This document shows positions 23,879 to 38,600 of a stretch of DNA of 64,000 nucleotides, in pieces; position 1 is the first letter of the stretch; every line of letters starts with the position of its first letter. Both the position numbers and the translations under genes were made by a program. The notes under the pieces are model-generated. The model made no database searches, was not told where the DNA came from, and was given only the letters and a program-made list of their open reading frames with translations. The stretch is from Macrostomum hystrix. Its lineage: Eukaryota > Animalia > Platyhelminthes. The DNA lies in contig CATNEN010000001.1 of assembly GCA_950097015.1 (NCBI GenBank), positions 12,152,001-12,216,000 on the forward strand, written 5' to 3'.

Positions 23879-26800
23879 TTAGACAACCACCTCCTGGTAC
23901 ACGGAGGAAGCCAGCCCAGCATTGCTGATGGCGGTCACTCTCACGTACAGCTTCTTCTCTGCCGGGTTGATTGCCTTTAGCAGCAGGCTGGGCTCCTTAG
24001 TCTCCAGCCAGCGCTGAATGTTCCCGGCTGAAGGTTTTGTCTCGGCCGTCACCTCGAACACCAAGGAGCTGGCTGAGTGGAACACGTCGGACCAGTCGAT
24101 CAGAATGTGGCGCTTGGCTGGGTCGTAGGTAACGCGCCATGGCTTTCCTGCAGTGGCAGCCGAAGGATTTCAATTGAATGTACCGAACCACCGGTTTACC
24201 GAACCACCAGCTTTCAGAGCACCCAGCTTACAGAACCACCAGCTTACACAACCACCAGCTTACAGAACCACCAGCTTACACAACCACCAGCTTACAGAAC
24301 CACCAGCTTACACAACCACCAGCTTACAGAACCACCAGCTTACAGAGCCACCAGCTTACAGAACCACCAGCTTACACAACCACCAGCTTACACAACCACC
24401 AACTTACACAACCACCAGCTTACACAACCACCAGCTTACACAACCACCAACTTACAGAACACCCAGCTTACAGAACACCCAGCTTACAGAACACCCAGCT
24501 TACACAACCACCAACTTACACAACCACCAACTTACAGAACCACCAACTTACAGAACCACCAACTTACAGAACCAACAGCTTACAGAACACCCAGCTTACA
24601 GAACCACCAACATACAGAACCACCAATTTAAGAACCACCAGTTTACTGAATCAACAGCTTACAGAACAATCATATTGCTAAAAAAAGTTAAGACGAGATA
24701 CCTGACCCCTAAGGCTACTACTTTAGGATTATTTATCATAACAAGAATAGCCCAAAATTATTAATAACAAAGGACTGGCGAAAAAGAAGCCAAGGCCCTC
24801 TCAAAAGCGTTTCTTTATCCCGAAAAAAACACTTTCAAGTTACTCTCACCTGTGAGGGCTGGGAACTTTGAGTCGATCGAAAACTCTTGAGCAACCGGGT
24901 CGCTCAGCTTTCCGAGAGCGTTCACGGCTCGCACCTCAGCTTGGTAGCGCTGCCCGTCTCCCAGAGTCAGACCCTGCAGCTCGGCCGCCTGAACAAACGA
25001 CCTCTTCACTCGGGTCCAGTCCTGTACCAGAGAACCCTTCGAGATGTCCTTCAGTCGGATGTCGAAGTCGTCGATTGGAACCTGGTCGGTGAAGCCGTTC
25101 CAGCTCAGCTGCAGCTCCGTGGCATTTCCGAGGACGGAGTTCGTCTGTGTGAAGGGCGTCACGTAGGTGCTGAGCAGCCGCAGCTTGGCCTGGCTTGAGT
25201 CCGGCTGTCCATTGTAGATGAGAACACCAGGAGACACTCTGAGTTGGATGTTTAAGTGCAGTACATAAAACTCAATGCAATCATAAACTGCTGAAGCCAA
25301 ATGAAGCAAAAGTAAAACTGACTGGTTAAATAGAATCTCCCTCAGAACAATGAAACTCACTCAGTTGCAGTCAGTCCCACAACGTTTGAGCACTTGACCG
25401 AGCTGAAAACTCGCTGTCCGAGCAGTCTCTCTGGCCTGTCGATGAACCGAGTGGCCGTGAACTGGCCCGGGCCGAGCAGCTCGTACACCGCGATGTCGCA
25501 GCTGGTCCGAGTAGTTCCGGAGCACCAGAAGCATTCCTTCAGACCCGAATCTGGATCCTGGGCTTGGAACCGAACGGACAGCTCGCGAGCACTCTCCTGC
25601 AGGTCCGTGTGGCCATCAACCGAGGAGCCGTCGTGCACGAACTCAAAGATCGGAGGCGTCAAGTCGATGCGGCTGGGCTGCGAGTGGAAGAGACGAGACA
25701 GTCCAGCTCCGTTGATGGCCAGCACTGACACAAACACGTCGCTCCCGTGCGTGAGTCGGACCTCGGCCTTTGCTTCGGTCGCAGGTCCGATGTTGGTGTA
25801 TGGAAGGAGCTGCGTGCCTCCTCGAACAGTTCCGATGGCCCAGTGGACCTCGCTGATGCCACTTTCGGGATCCGTGATGTCCCAGCTGGCGTGCACTGTG
25901 CCGCTCTCACGAACACTCATCGTGTCCACATGAATTGGAGAGACCGTTGCATTTGACTCTGCAGCCCCAACACTCACCTTGTGTGCCGACACCATGTCGA
26001 TGGCTAAAATTGAAGTTTAAGTTAAGGAATTTGTTAATGAAATACTACCTGAGTTCAGTTTGTCGATGTCGAACTCACCAATTCCCGTGTGCGGAGACAA
26101 CGACTCGATGGTGATTGTCGATTCGGACGAGACAGCTGTGAAGTAAAACACCTGCTTGTGCCACTCAACACTAGAGCTGCCAAGATCGGTGAACAATCGG
26201 AAGGTTTGAATCGTTCCCGGAGCAGTGACGAGGCCACCAACTGTAACCGATAGTGGGTCGGTGACTGGCAGGTGTGAAGCAAACATCTGCAATCGATATC
26301 TACTTCCAGCTTCCGTAGTCAGAGTTTGCGAGACTCGACCAAACAGCATGAGAGCAGAGTCACCGTCCACTGCCATGGAGTTCCCAACGCGAAGTGCAAC
26401 AGCTCGACCGCTGAGCAGTGTCCATTGAGGAGAGACCGAATCGAGTGCAGTGAGGTCTTTGTGACTGAGCAGTGCGGAGGTCGGAGGGTTGAGCGCTCCG
26501 TCTTCGAAGCTCGGATTTCTCACAGTGGTTGGATCGAGGCCAAGTCGACTTGTTGCTACAGCAGGTGTCGAATCGATTGTGATTCCAGGTGCAGTGATGA
26601 CTTCCGAAGTGCGATTGGCAGCGTCGAAGGCCTTAACTCGGCAGAAGTAGGTCTGGCCGTGCTTCCAAAGTCCTTTCCATGTGGCCTTCTGCTCAAACTG
26701 GACACTCTTCCAGTCTGCGACGTCGCAGATGACACCGGAACTGGTTGAAGCAATGCAAGCAGAATACGATCGGATGTAGGACTCTCGGTCGAAGAAGCTG

Positions 26801-29800
26801 TGCCAGCTGCAAGACAGAGTCTCGCTGTCGCTGGAGTACTTTGTGTTTTGCTCAACTATAAAGAAATCATAGCTGTATGTTATAATCAGTTCGTTGGTAC
26901 TAAAAAAGTCACAATGCCCAACTCACCCGCAGTATTGAAAACTAACCCCGACGAAGGATGTTGTAAGTCCAGAACGAACCCGTCAGAGGAAACTGAAACT
27001 GATAGTCCGTTCTCATCGAGAGCTGTCGCTGTGGAGTAGTATCTGCGACCCGGAGCAAGTGGCAGCTCATCAAAGGTGTAAGTTGACTTTCCTGGAGGTT
27101 GAAAAGTGTCTGCAATGTCACTCATCCCTGAATCGCTGCCAATGGACACGCGATACGACAGAGGCGGAGCAGAAGTCAAGCTGGAGAACTTGTTTCTCCA
27201 ACCCACAGTCACTGAGCTATTGCTGAGGATGAAGTCGGAATCCTGTCGACTCTCAGGTGTCAAGAGATCCTTTACGCCAACGCCATAATGCTTGTTGATT
27301 GCTGGTAGCAACGGGTTTACTATGACTCCATCAGAGCTGAACACGACGTATGTGTTATAGTCAAACCAAGCTCGAACGAACACTTTGTACGCTTGAAAAT
27401 AGTTTAGACGACGACCCGATGTGATGTTCAAGGCGAAAAACGTTCTCAGACCAACATCTTGCCACACGCGCTCATTGACTTCGTCAAAGATGCCCTTTGG
27501 CTCATCGAATTCAGCCAAACCTGCGCTTACCTCATAGCGAGCTGGAGGTCGACCCATAGCTCTTCGAACTCGCCAAGATGCTGCGAGAAGTGATCGAGTA
27601 GGTGTTGTTTTTGCATCTTTGAGTAAAACGCCAGCTGGGCCAAATTTTGTCACATCAAGGACCTCCACTTCATTGTCAACATTATCATCTACTGGAACAT
27701 TTCTACAACCAGTCGGTCTGCAGATCTGGTGCTGTGGAGCGCACGAGCAATGCCCGTAGCAGGTGGCAGCTCCAGCGCACCGACGAAGGAGCCACAGGTG
27801 ACCCGTCTCCAACACTGACAGAGCCACTTGAACTGGCTGGCTATGCAGACCGGCCTGAAAAACGGTTTCGTCACCTGATAGGAATCTCGAAATTCAAACC
27901 GCTTGACAACAGATTTCAAGAAATATGATATTACCTTGTTGACTGCAACAACATGTACGAAGAATGACATGCCTTCAGTCAGAGACTTCTTCAGCTGAAA
28001 GCTGGCCGTTTGAATCGGACCCTCGTGAGGGTTGAGCGGACGTCCCATTCCTTCGTCGCTGTGAGGCACCTCAGTTTCCTTAAACGAAAGTTTTAGGCGA
28101 TGTAACTTCTTGATCTTTTCCCTTTTATCAAGTAGCAGTGAAAAGGAGCGCCGCCTACCGACAGAAGTTCGGATCCGAACCAGCTCGTGCCGATTTGCAC
28201 CTTGTACAGATCCAGTCCCGAATGAAGATCATGGAAGCCCACCCAGCTGATGTTCACTTCGTTTTCGTCCCACGTCAAGCCGTCCTCGATGTGCCTGCCG
28301 AGATCCACAGCGGACTCGGTGGCCGCCGCCACGTGACCCGTCACAGGAGGCGACGTGTCCACCGCCACCGTTGCAGTCTGTCGAATACACAAGTCTGCCA
28401 GATTGCACGACACCAGCTGCACTGTGTAGTTGCCGCCGTCCTTCAGATCCACATCGTGAAACGTGAAGTTTGTCAGCAGTCCCGGAATCTGCAATCCACG
28501 GTGAGCACCGCATTAAACCTTGATAGATTAACTTGACGGAAATCATGTCACACACAATGCTTTCGTCACTGACTTTGATAGGCTCAAAGGTCACGCGCCC
28601 AGTGTCATGGCTCGCGAGAGAGATCCAGTGCTCCTTGATGCCACTGTCCTTGTCGCTGACACTCCACTCCACAACAAGGATGTCATCCATCACGAGCCAG
28701 TTGGGCTCGATTTGCCCGAATGACTCGCTCGCGGCAAGAGCGGTTTGAATCTCCGGCGGTGTGTCGTCAATCAGGAATGCATTCGACTCAAACGAAGACG
28801 AGAGGCCTAGAGAAAGATGAGTGTGGACTCAGAAACCCACCTTACCGCTTTCTGAAGCATTCATGCTTTCTCAAGAATTCTACTCACCAGCCTTGTTCAC
28901 AGTTTGCAAAAAGACCTTCAGCCTCTTGTGCACTGGCAGAGCTCCGCTGAATCGCACAAAGTTCCGCTCGCTTGTTTGTCTCCAACCAACAACGTCTGGT
29001 GCTGCTGCGTTCTCGTGACCGGCTCCCCACCGATGATAAGCGATGTCCGACTCAGGATCGTTGAAGCCATTAAGCGAAAACGCCAGATTGTTACTGGAGT
29101 GGTTATAATTATTTACTTTGCTTTGTCTCATATTTTGTCAATACGCTCGTACATGTATAGAATATATAGCATTTAATGCGTGTCTCGATTAAGTCCTTCA
29201 AAGTGTCACAAATTTTTGTAAATTTTGTTAACTTTACGAAATTATGTATTCTGGGCCCGATTTTTAGAGCAATTTATATAGACGAAATTTTGAAGCCTGA
29301 TTTTGAGCTTAAAGTTATCATGGGCTTTATTTTATAGCCGATTTCAAATGCTATAACATAATAGATTAATTGCTGAAGCCACAGAATCTCGTTCTGAATA
29401 TACTTGTCGGCAACTGTTCTAATGTTATAAGTCAGCCGGTTGCAGTTCTAAAATTGCTTGGACGCATAAAAAATTGGAATCGACACAAAAAAGCTCGAGT
29501 TTTTTTAAAGACATATTTTTTTAAATTTAGCTTAAAATTTTTCTACTCCAATTTTTTAGCAACTAACATTTGAACAAAAATATTCCATTAAGCATTAACT
29601 CGATGAAGTAGTATCAGAAGTGGAAGTTCACCATTTGTCTTGGATCAAATTAAAATGTTGATATGTTTTTGTGATTTTAAAAAAATAAAGATTGCTTTCT
29701 TAGATAATTTTTAAGAGTTCTAATGTCTGCGAACTACGTTTAAGAAAGCTCATCAATCCCAAATTATTTTCGAGATAAAACAATAACAAACAAGTACAGA

Positions 29801-32800
29801 TAATTAAGACTGCTTAATTTTCTTTCAATTAAATACTAGCAATTTCTTGCCATTAAATACTAGTCCATGATCGTATTTATTATTTAGAATTACTGCAACT
29901 TATAAGTGACCAAACTTTACCGGTTGACCCTTGGTTCAAAATGACAATTCGAGACAAATAAAACAAACCTTGACCTAAGAAATTGCAGATCGGACACTTT
30001 TGATCCAAGCAAGACGATCCCATTTAGCGGAGGCGTAGAATCCAGAATGACCCCATCGGACGAAGCTTCAGAGCAGAGGTCCGCAGCATTGCAGCCTCTC
30101 ACAGTGACGTAGTACCTCTCGCCTTGCTGTAAACTCAGGTGGTCAACTTGGATTCCTAAGGATTAGTTCATTATTTTGTTAAATTCAGCTTGAAATCTGA
30201 TATGCTTATTTGATCTAATTGAGCTTTCAATGTGCTGACGTACCAAACTTATTTTTAAGTTAATAGAAGAAGAAAACGTCCGTGCATGAAGCACTTTTCT
30301 TTTAAAAAAGCAGATACTGTTCTGCTAATATAGGCAAAGCACAGAACTTACTCAGACGCACGCCGACGTGAAGGTACGGCATGACATCCTGGCACTGTCG
30401 GCATGACCCGACTGCCACAAAGTAGTCTCTCACGTGGCTGTGCGGATCGTGAAAGTCCGTCCAACTGGCTGCGATGCCGTCCAGACCGGAGCGGTAGTTG
30501 CAGTCTGAGCTGTTCGAGCCTGTCGGGTCAATGTCCAGCACAGAGCCGGGAATCGGAGGGCTCCTGTCGACCAGCACCGGCTTGGACTGATCGCTGGAGA
30601 TGAGGCCGGCTAAGTTTTCCGCTCGCACCAACACCCAGTAGTGCTGGCCGTCTCTGGCGCCAGACAGTTGCTCAGACGTCCAAGTCACGCACTCTCCTTT
30701 GGACTCTGCGAACGGGATCGCGTCCGGACGGCCAGGCGACGATCCGAGAGCGACCCAGAAACGCCGAATTCCCGCCACGGAGTCCGAAAATCGGCCGTGC
30801 CAGCACACAGTCTGGCTGTCACTGTTCGAGATCACGTGCCGCCTCCCGACCGAGATCGGAGCAGCCGGGTTCACTCTCGGACCATGAAGCACCACGCGAA
30901 GCGAGCGAGGCTTTGAGTGACTCACGCGACCGATGAAGTCAACAGCTGAAAACAAGCGGCTTTCGCTTAGTACTGGCTGCAGACAGCAACAACGCATTCT
31001 GCAGTGCACATACCTCTCACGGACACAAAGTACAAATGCCCTTCTTGCAGGACTCCCTTCATCTGGTTTACAATCACTTGACGTGAACCGCCGACACTCT
31101 TCCAATCGATGACGTCACAGCCAGTCGCGAAGGAGCCGATGCAGTATGCGTAGTCCCTGATTTCAGTCACGTGAGGCATGTCGGAGGAGACCTCGGACTC
31201 GAAGCCTGACCACTCGAGTAGAATTTCAGTCAGTGATGTCTGCAAAGTTTCATTCAATCGAGTTGCAGTTCCGTGGCTCCGTTGGAATGCACAATGTCCA
31301 GCTACTCACCAACATCTGGTCCTCATATCTGCCATTCACAGCCACCCTCCCCTCTGCCAATGAATCACCGAGAACTGTCACACCGTCGCTGCACTCAGTG
31401 AGTTCCGGCAGGAGTTGAGTAAACTTCTCAAACTGCAGCAGCGTTTCATTGGCGTGGATGCACACGTGGTACCTTGTTCCCGGCTGCAGCTGGACTGATG
31501 GGACATTGATGAACTCCTGGCGTGTGAATCCGCCCGCAATGGCGCTTGCGTGAACTGTTGGTCTCTTCGGAGGCTCCAGAAGGACCCGATCATAGTAGCC
31601 CGAGCCACCGGTGCCGCTGGATGACAGAAGCGCCCACTCGTACTCCTATTCAAGTTTTGAATATTTTGTATTTTATTATTTTAGCATTAAAAACTGTGTC
31701 GACAAGTAAAAAGTCATGCACAGTTCTTACCAGGTACCTGAGGCGAGGCCATACGGCGGCAAGGTGTGCGCTGGAGTTCGCATAGTCGGCTTCATCCGCC
31801 TTCCACAGTCCGTTCTTCTCCAGCTGCACTGGTCCGATCGCGTCCATCACATTCGGACTGTCGATCAGCTTCGGGTCATACGTGTTGCAGTCTCTGAGCT
31901 CTCTGCTGACTGTCGATGACAGTCCAGCTTTGTTGAAGCATCGAATCGCAAGGCGAAGACATTTTGTCGAGCGAAGTGGCCACGGCAGCGTAAAATTTTG
32001 CGTCTGAAAATATGTGTAGTAGTTATTACAACGCATAAATAATTTTTTTTATTGCCAACAATTTTTGCTTCTAAACTATACCGACCCTGATGCTCTTATC
32101 GAGACTGAATTCCGTCCAGTTGACAATGTTGCCGCCATCGTGTTGCAGTGTCCACTGATATCCACTGATGACTTCCTTCTCGGCGGATCCTGGCTGCTTG
32201 AATACGTCCATTGTCACTGTGATCTGAAAGCATGGAGATAGGTGCCTTGTTGAAAGATTTTGGCGATAATGTGATTGCATAACGTGACGTGAAACATACT
32301 GTTTGGTTATCCGACTCTAGCACCGCACTCCACTGCCCAGCAACGGGTGCCGAGTGCAGAACGATGAATTCTGGTGACGTCTCAATCTCCGAGCACACAT
32401 CGTCATGGCAAAGCTTCAGCTCTGACCTGTACGCAGCTCCGTCAGTGAGGTGCAGGTTCGTGACGAAAAGTGTCTCGTCGGAGTGTGGGATGCGTCTGAA
32501 ATGTTCCACTTGAAGCCAATCTGCAAAGCGAAGGTTTTCAGTGGTGTCAGAGGCATGTCAAGCAGATGTGAGACCTGTCCAAATCCTCAAAAAACCCACC
32601 GTCTCCTCGCTTTGTCTGCAGAGCCCAGTGAGCGTCGTGGAACAGCAGGTCAAGCGACGGTGGCGGCCTGGTCCACTTCACGCCTACAGTCGACAGAGAG
32701 CTTTGAAAGTTCTCGTTCAGCGAGCCGTCACTCGTGGGTCTCCAGTTGAGAGGTGCGAATCGAAGGAGAGGCTCCTTGGACTCGACGGTGACACCGCTAG

Positions 32801-35588
32801 ATGTAGCAGAGACGCTGCCCACTGCGTTTTTGGCGGTGACTTTTGTAAAATATTTCTGAAAAATGCAAACACAAAAGCAAATTTTCGCAGAACTCGAGAT
32901 TGAGATTAAGATTGCATTAATGTTTCAGGCCACCTTTGCAATAGCAAACAGCTCACCTTGAGCACTTCCAACTTGAGTCCGTCGAACTGGTACCTTGTTG
33001 CACTGGACTGCAGAGTTACACTTGCGAGCTGATTCTGCTGAGAGTCCAGGACGGACACTTCAAAGCTGTCAGCGTACTTGAAGCCACTCCACCTGGATCT
33101 CAGTGAGTCCGATCTCAGCTGATACTGGATGTCATGGGAAGTCTAAAAGTGTAATCGATTGCGGCAAAGGCGTTAAATTTTATTTAAAAGAGCCCATTTA
33201 CAAAATCAGCTGCTTTTCTAACAAAGACGAGTCGTCCCTCACCCCGAACATGAGCTCGGTGTTCGCACTCGGGTCCTCGTCCGTCACAAAGCCGATTGTT
33301 GGCAGTCGATTGTTGTGAACGATTGGTGCAGCAAAGACTACAGTTCTCAGCTGAGCTTGGTTCGTACACCTGATCGATACGTAATAGGTGTGATCACCAA
33401 TCAGGTTCCAGTCCAGCTGGCTGAGCTGCAGAGAGGCGCAGGTCACGGAGCTCTGCGAGTGAGTGCAGCCCGGACCTTCCTTCGCAGCCTCGAAGTGGAC
33501 AATGTCGGTGGAGTGCTCCTTGCTGCCTGCAAAGTTTCACCGCTAATTCTGTTGAATGGAAGGCAGAAATGAATTTCATGCTGGTAGATTCACTGCTGAC
33601 GAGCTGCGCTTACCGACTCCGATTTCGAAATCGAGTGACTTGGACTCAGGGTCAAGAAAGTCGCCGGCATTCCAGCTGACCAAGAGGTAGTCTTTGTTGG
33701 TGGTGACTGCCAATGTACCGGTAAAGGTCGGCGGACTGGTGTCGACTGTCAGCGGACCTAGTGTCTGAGAAATTATGTCTGCATGGTTAAGTTTTTCTAT
33801 ACTCCCAAATTTCGCGGTAGTTTTTCATTAAATGCCTGATAGAACTTTGTTTCGTTTAGTTCCTTACCAATTTTGTTGAGAGCCCGGCCCTGTTTACTGC
33901 AGTAACCGAGACGTAGATTTGTTGACCGTCTTTTAAATCTATGTTCTCTAATATCTCCAACGAGTGCTTTGTGACTAGTGGCTCAGTGAGCAGTGACATT
34001 GTGGTCTGGTCATTGCTTACAGTAATGATTGAATGCCTGAGACCAGCAACACTGTCATAGGCTTTCCAGTTTAACTTCAGCTGAAAATTCAGTGTTTTTG
34101 TAGAATTGTATTTTCTTTTAAGATTCGCATTTGTATAAGTGAGAAAAACAACAAATTAGGAAAACTGCAACAAGAGCAGATACAGGTATTGCTGAGAGTC
34201 ATACCCTGTCATTGCTGATCAGGAAGTAATCCTTTCCAGCAGCGTCGATCTCCTCACAGAACTCTTCTAAGTGTGTAAGCACTACTGTGTTATTGTACTT
34301 GCTCAGATCTTTGGCCAATAGACTACTATCATGGATCACAGTCGCTCTAGCACTGTAATTTTTAGAGCTCACATTGTAAAAAAATATTTTACGAAAAGTA
34401 TAAAAACAACTCTACCTGCAAGTCGCATTGTCATTCAGCAGGGCTTGTCTTCGTCCGAGTTTCGTCAGGTACCACAAGTCGCGCGACTTCGCATCCACAA
34501 TCAGTCCAGGACGCACCCTCAGCGACTCAATGCTCAGCTGGTGTACCTCTGGCTTCTGGTCGGTGATGACGACTCCATCGGAGCACACTGCGGCTGACGG
34601 CTCCATAGCATTGTTGTACGCAACCACTGTGACGAAATAGCGCCCGGTGCCCGGCGCCTCCCAGGTGGCCTCCAAATCCGTCGTCTCCTGCTGCAGCTGC
34701 GACTCCGTCATGCACGACACTCCGAAGCCGCTCAGTCGAATGCCGCTCTCCGGATCGAAGAACCCGCTCCAATGGGCTCTCATGCGTAGGCCGCTCTGGA
34801 AGTCGACCTCTTCGGTACCAGGTGCGCCGTCGAACACGTGACCCGGGTGAGGAGCGGACAGGTCGATGCTGATCTTGAGCACACTGCTCGCTACGAGCAC
34901 AGCTCCGTTGGTGACTGTAAGTCGGATGTGCAAGTCGTGGTTGTGCTCGGTTGTGGAATTGGTGTTGGGCGAGACCGCAAAGAAGGAGTTGTAGCAGCCG
35001 GTGGCCTGGGTGCAGTAGCAGTCGTCGGGCCTCTCAGAGTGCTTGCGGCACGACTGAAGTTCAGAAGTTAAACGAATGGGCTTGGTAAAACTTCAAAAAA
35101 CCTGCTTACAATTTGTTGTATCAGGTTGTTAGGAACGAACTAATTCTATTTGCCTATCGAATGCCTTAAGATGATCGAAAAAAGTGTTTGTAATTTAGAC
35201 GTGTGGCAAAGCAACAATAAATATCTCGAATGTCTTATATGAAGCAGAATTCCCGATTTTTGTGTAGCTTTTATTGTCGTTTCCTTACTTTTCGTGAATT
35301 TTTATGAGTCTAAAAGTTTAAACTGGATAAAATATAAACAACCTTTTTGTCTTTTTTGTTTGCGCAAAAAACAACTAATATAGCTTTAAAAGTTGCAGAA
35401 TCTACTCACATCGATGTTGTCAAAGTGCCGCAGCCCTTCAGTGTTTGAGTAGAGTAGCTTTTCCTTGGCAGTGTCATTATCGAAAATTTCCCACAGAACT
35501 TCATGCAAACCGCTGTGTATGTCAGATGCTGTCCAATGCGCTCTGTGAATTATCATTTGAAAACCTCATTTACATGCCCTCAGAATAC

Positions 35589-35620
<32 letters not shown>

Positions 35621-38600
35621 CTTACTATTACTATTATCTAGCTGTAGTAGCGTACATATTAGTATTGTAGTTTAAATGTGAAGAGGAGGAAAACGTAAAG
35701 AAAGAAAGAAAGAAAGAAACTTGGAGTTAATACTCGAAGTTAGGAAACACTGTCTTTTCTAACCGGAGGCTGTGCAGGTCCTTGCTGTGGTGAACGACGA
35801 GGCCCTCGACGCCCCTGTTTGTCAGTCTCAGCGAGCCCAGCTCGGCCGGCGTGGAGTCGACGTGCATCAGGAAGCTGTTGAGTCGAGTGTTCCCCATCAC
35901 GTCCTCGCCGATCACCCAGAACTTGACGGACTCGCCGTCACGCCGATCGAAGCGGAAGCTCTGCATTTGCGCGTGAATGTTTCCAGTGGTGAGCCAGTTG
36001 CCAGCGTCCGGCTGTTGAAGGCTCCGACCGCCCTCTGCGTCCACTCCGAACTGAGACGCAAAGCGGACCACGCCGTGAACATTGTCGATGGGCTGGATGT
36101 TTCGAGGTCCCGAAGTGTGGTCGTATGCGCTGTCAAACAGCTCCGGATCTGGCTTGATGGGGAACAAGAAGCCCTGACCAGAGTGCAATTCGTTGATGAG
36201 GTTGTCAGTCCACCTGAATGCGACTTCTCCATCGAGTCTGCGAAGCCACCACACACCATTGTTGATCACCGTGTCGTCCACTCCGAGGGGATACCGAGCG
36301 TCTCGAGTGTCGATGCTTGACGTGTTGTCAAAAATGAAGAAGCGTCGAGCTCTACGAATGTTCTTCAGCGAGTTCTTTACCGTATCGTGTGAAGTCAACA
36401 CAACTGCATACACGGCAGGCTTGTCTACTGGCAGGTCAAACTGAAAAATAGTGTTTCTTGTGTTGCTGCTACTTCTAGTCATTGCCTTTGTTCGCAACTT
36501 AAATCATAGCATACGAGTACTTTTTACTACATTGGACTCACACCAAAGCTGAACTCCCGATCTCCACCATTCCTTCGAGTTTCCTCGCTCTCTCCGTTCA
36601 GATCGATGATTTTGTGTTGGGAGCTCTCCATTTCATTTTCCTGCAGTGCGCTGCCGACTTTGTGCATCAGTTTTACCTCTAAGTTGTACTTTAGCACTCC
36701 AGCGTGATCGTCTCTCCAGCCACCGAACTTTCCTTGGATGTGGTTCTGTAGTCAAGTCAAAGGAAAATTGAACATTGAGTTTTATCAAAATTAATCAACC
36801 ATCGCAATGGGATTTTCAACTCTTTATTGACGCAGTCAATAAATTTTCTGATTTAATTAACTTTAAGCGTGGATTCACTTGATATTTGAGTCGGTTTTTT
36901 CTTCTATGAATTTTGAATGGGAGCGCTGATTGTGATTCTTAGCTTATCTAATGTGCATTGATAAGAGCTCTTAATTGTTTTTGCTTGCTTAATATTTGTT
37001 CCAGGCGATGCTGCAAGTCCTTTTTATCTGGTCGGCGCTGAATTTGATGTAAATTGTATGCACTTGGCTGTACAAAGCCGTGAAAACTCTTGTGTTCAGT
37101 GCTTCTTTTTCGGAGCCAACAGCCATATTTTGCAGCCTTATTGAGTCGTTTGCTCGTGTCTGTCTGTTGCTTGCATTTTTCCTTTTTATAAGCAAAACAA
37201 ATGTCTTTTAGATCCCAGGTTCAGTTTTAAAGTCACTTTTAATCTCTTCATTTCGTTATTTTAAAAATTGATTATTTCGTTAGATTTTTGCACTCTTATT
37301 CATGTTTTGTGTTTGTTTGCCGATTTTCAAATTAACCATGCAATCGTTCTCGTACGCGTGAGACTCTGTGTGTCTCTTGGTTTCAAATTGGATTAATTTA
37401 TAAGTCATTAAAATAGCCTATGAGTCTTATCTAATATCAGCTCACCTGGGTGGTGAACGCGGCGCCTAGAGTGAGCAGCTCCTGGTCGAACGGCTTGGAG
37501 CACGGTCTGACTCCGTGACCAGCCACTGTGCAGTGGTATGGCTGGCTGTAATCGAATACGAACGTCCCGATTTGCTGCACCGACTGTCCGACAAAAAATC
37601 TTTGGTGCGTGGCTCCTCTGGCGTCCAAGTCGGCAACCGTGACGAAGCCGCCATTGCTGACAGTGTAGGTGTACTTCACGGAATGACCAGACTGCAGCTG
37701 CCAACCAGCTGGAGGCAGCTGGTTCAGCCGGCCTGTGAAGGCCAGCTCGGATTGTTTCGGGTTCGATGGCGTCACTCCAGCAGCAAGAAGCGGACCGATT
37801 GCGTTATCGGGAAAATTTGCTGCAACAGAATGTTTTCATCCCCAACGTAATTATAGCAATGCTCTTCGTATTTGCAACGGATAAGTCCTCACGGTTTCCT
37901 GAGAGCACGAACCGGAAGCTCTCCTGCACCAAACCGATTTTGTAGCCGCTGGGCGGTATGAAGTGTTCCCGAGGACCAGGGCCCGATATGGTCGGCTTAA
38001 ATCGACTCGTTACGGACCACTCCAGTTCAATTTTCCGATTCGGAGCTGATAAAGAGAACTCTTTGCTAATTATTTGTTTGTAAATTTAATTCAAGTAGCT
38101 CGTAACTACGATGATTATCAGTTACCTGGTTTTGTGTTGATGTAGTCGACGGTGTTTTGAAGCCGGTGAAAATCAATAGTTACATCATCCTTTGGTGCTG
38201 AAGGCGGGGTTAAATTCAAAGAGTTATTTTGTTCCGAGTTCAATATGAGCTCATAGCCTTTTAGTCTCATAGCTGCTCACATGTTCCGTCAGGAGGAATT
38301 CTGACTGTCATGGCGGCTGTCAGGACTGATGGCTTAGTAAGAACTGTGGTTCAGATAGGGTAGTAACTCAGTGTTAAAATTGCAGCGATGTTTGATTATT
38401 ATCATTTGTTTAAGTGCCCAATCACTAGGCTTACAAGGACTGGAGTCTAAAGTGTTTTAAAACATAGTTCGTACTAATTTTAATAATAATCAACTAATAA
38501 CTGATTACAACTGTCCCGATTGGACCAGATGTGTCGACAGCACAGCCGCAGCTATTGCGCGGCACATCTGAAGGCTGCATACAGCTGTCCATTCCATGGA

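Noticed and set aside
24077-24764. Three overlapping Thr/Pro/Gln/His-rich ORFs
   Set aside because: Product of a 16-bp intronic repeat that is open in all three frames.
36989-37195. 68-aa intronic ORF that might be a decayed transposon gene fragment
   Set aside because: No recognisable motif, TIR or TSD.
6350-37850. Many plus-strand ORFs of 60-180 aa across the A and B genes
   Set aside because: Antisense shadows of GC-rich minus-strand exons, duplicated only because the exons are.
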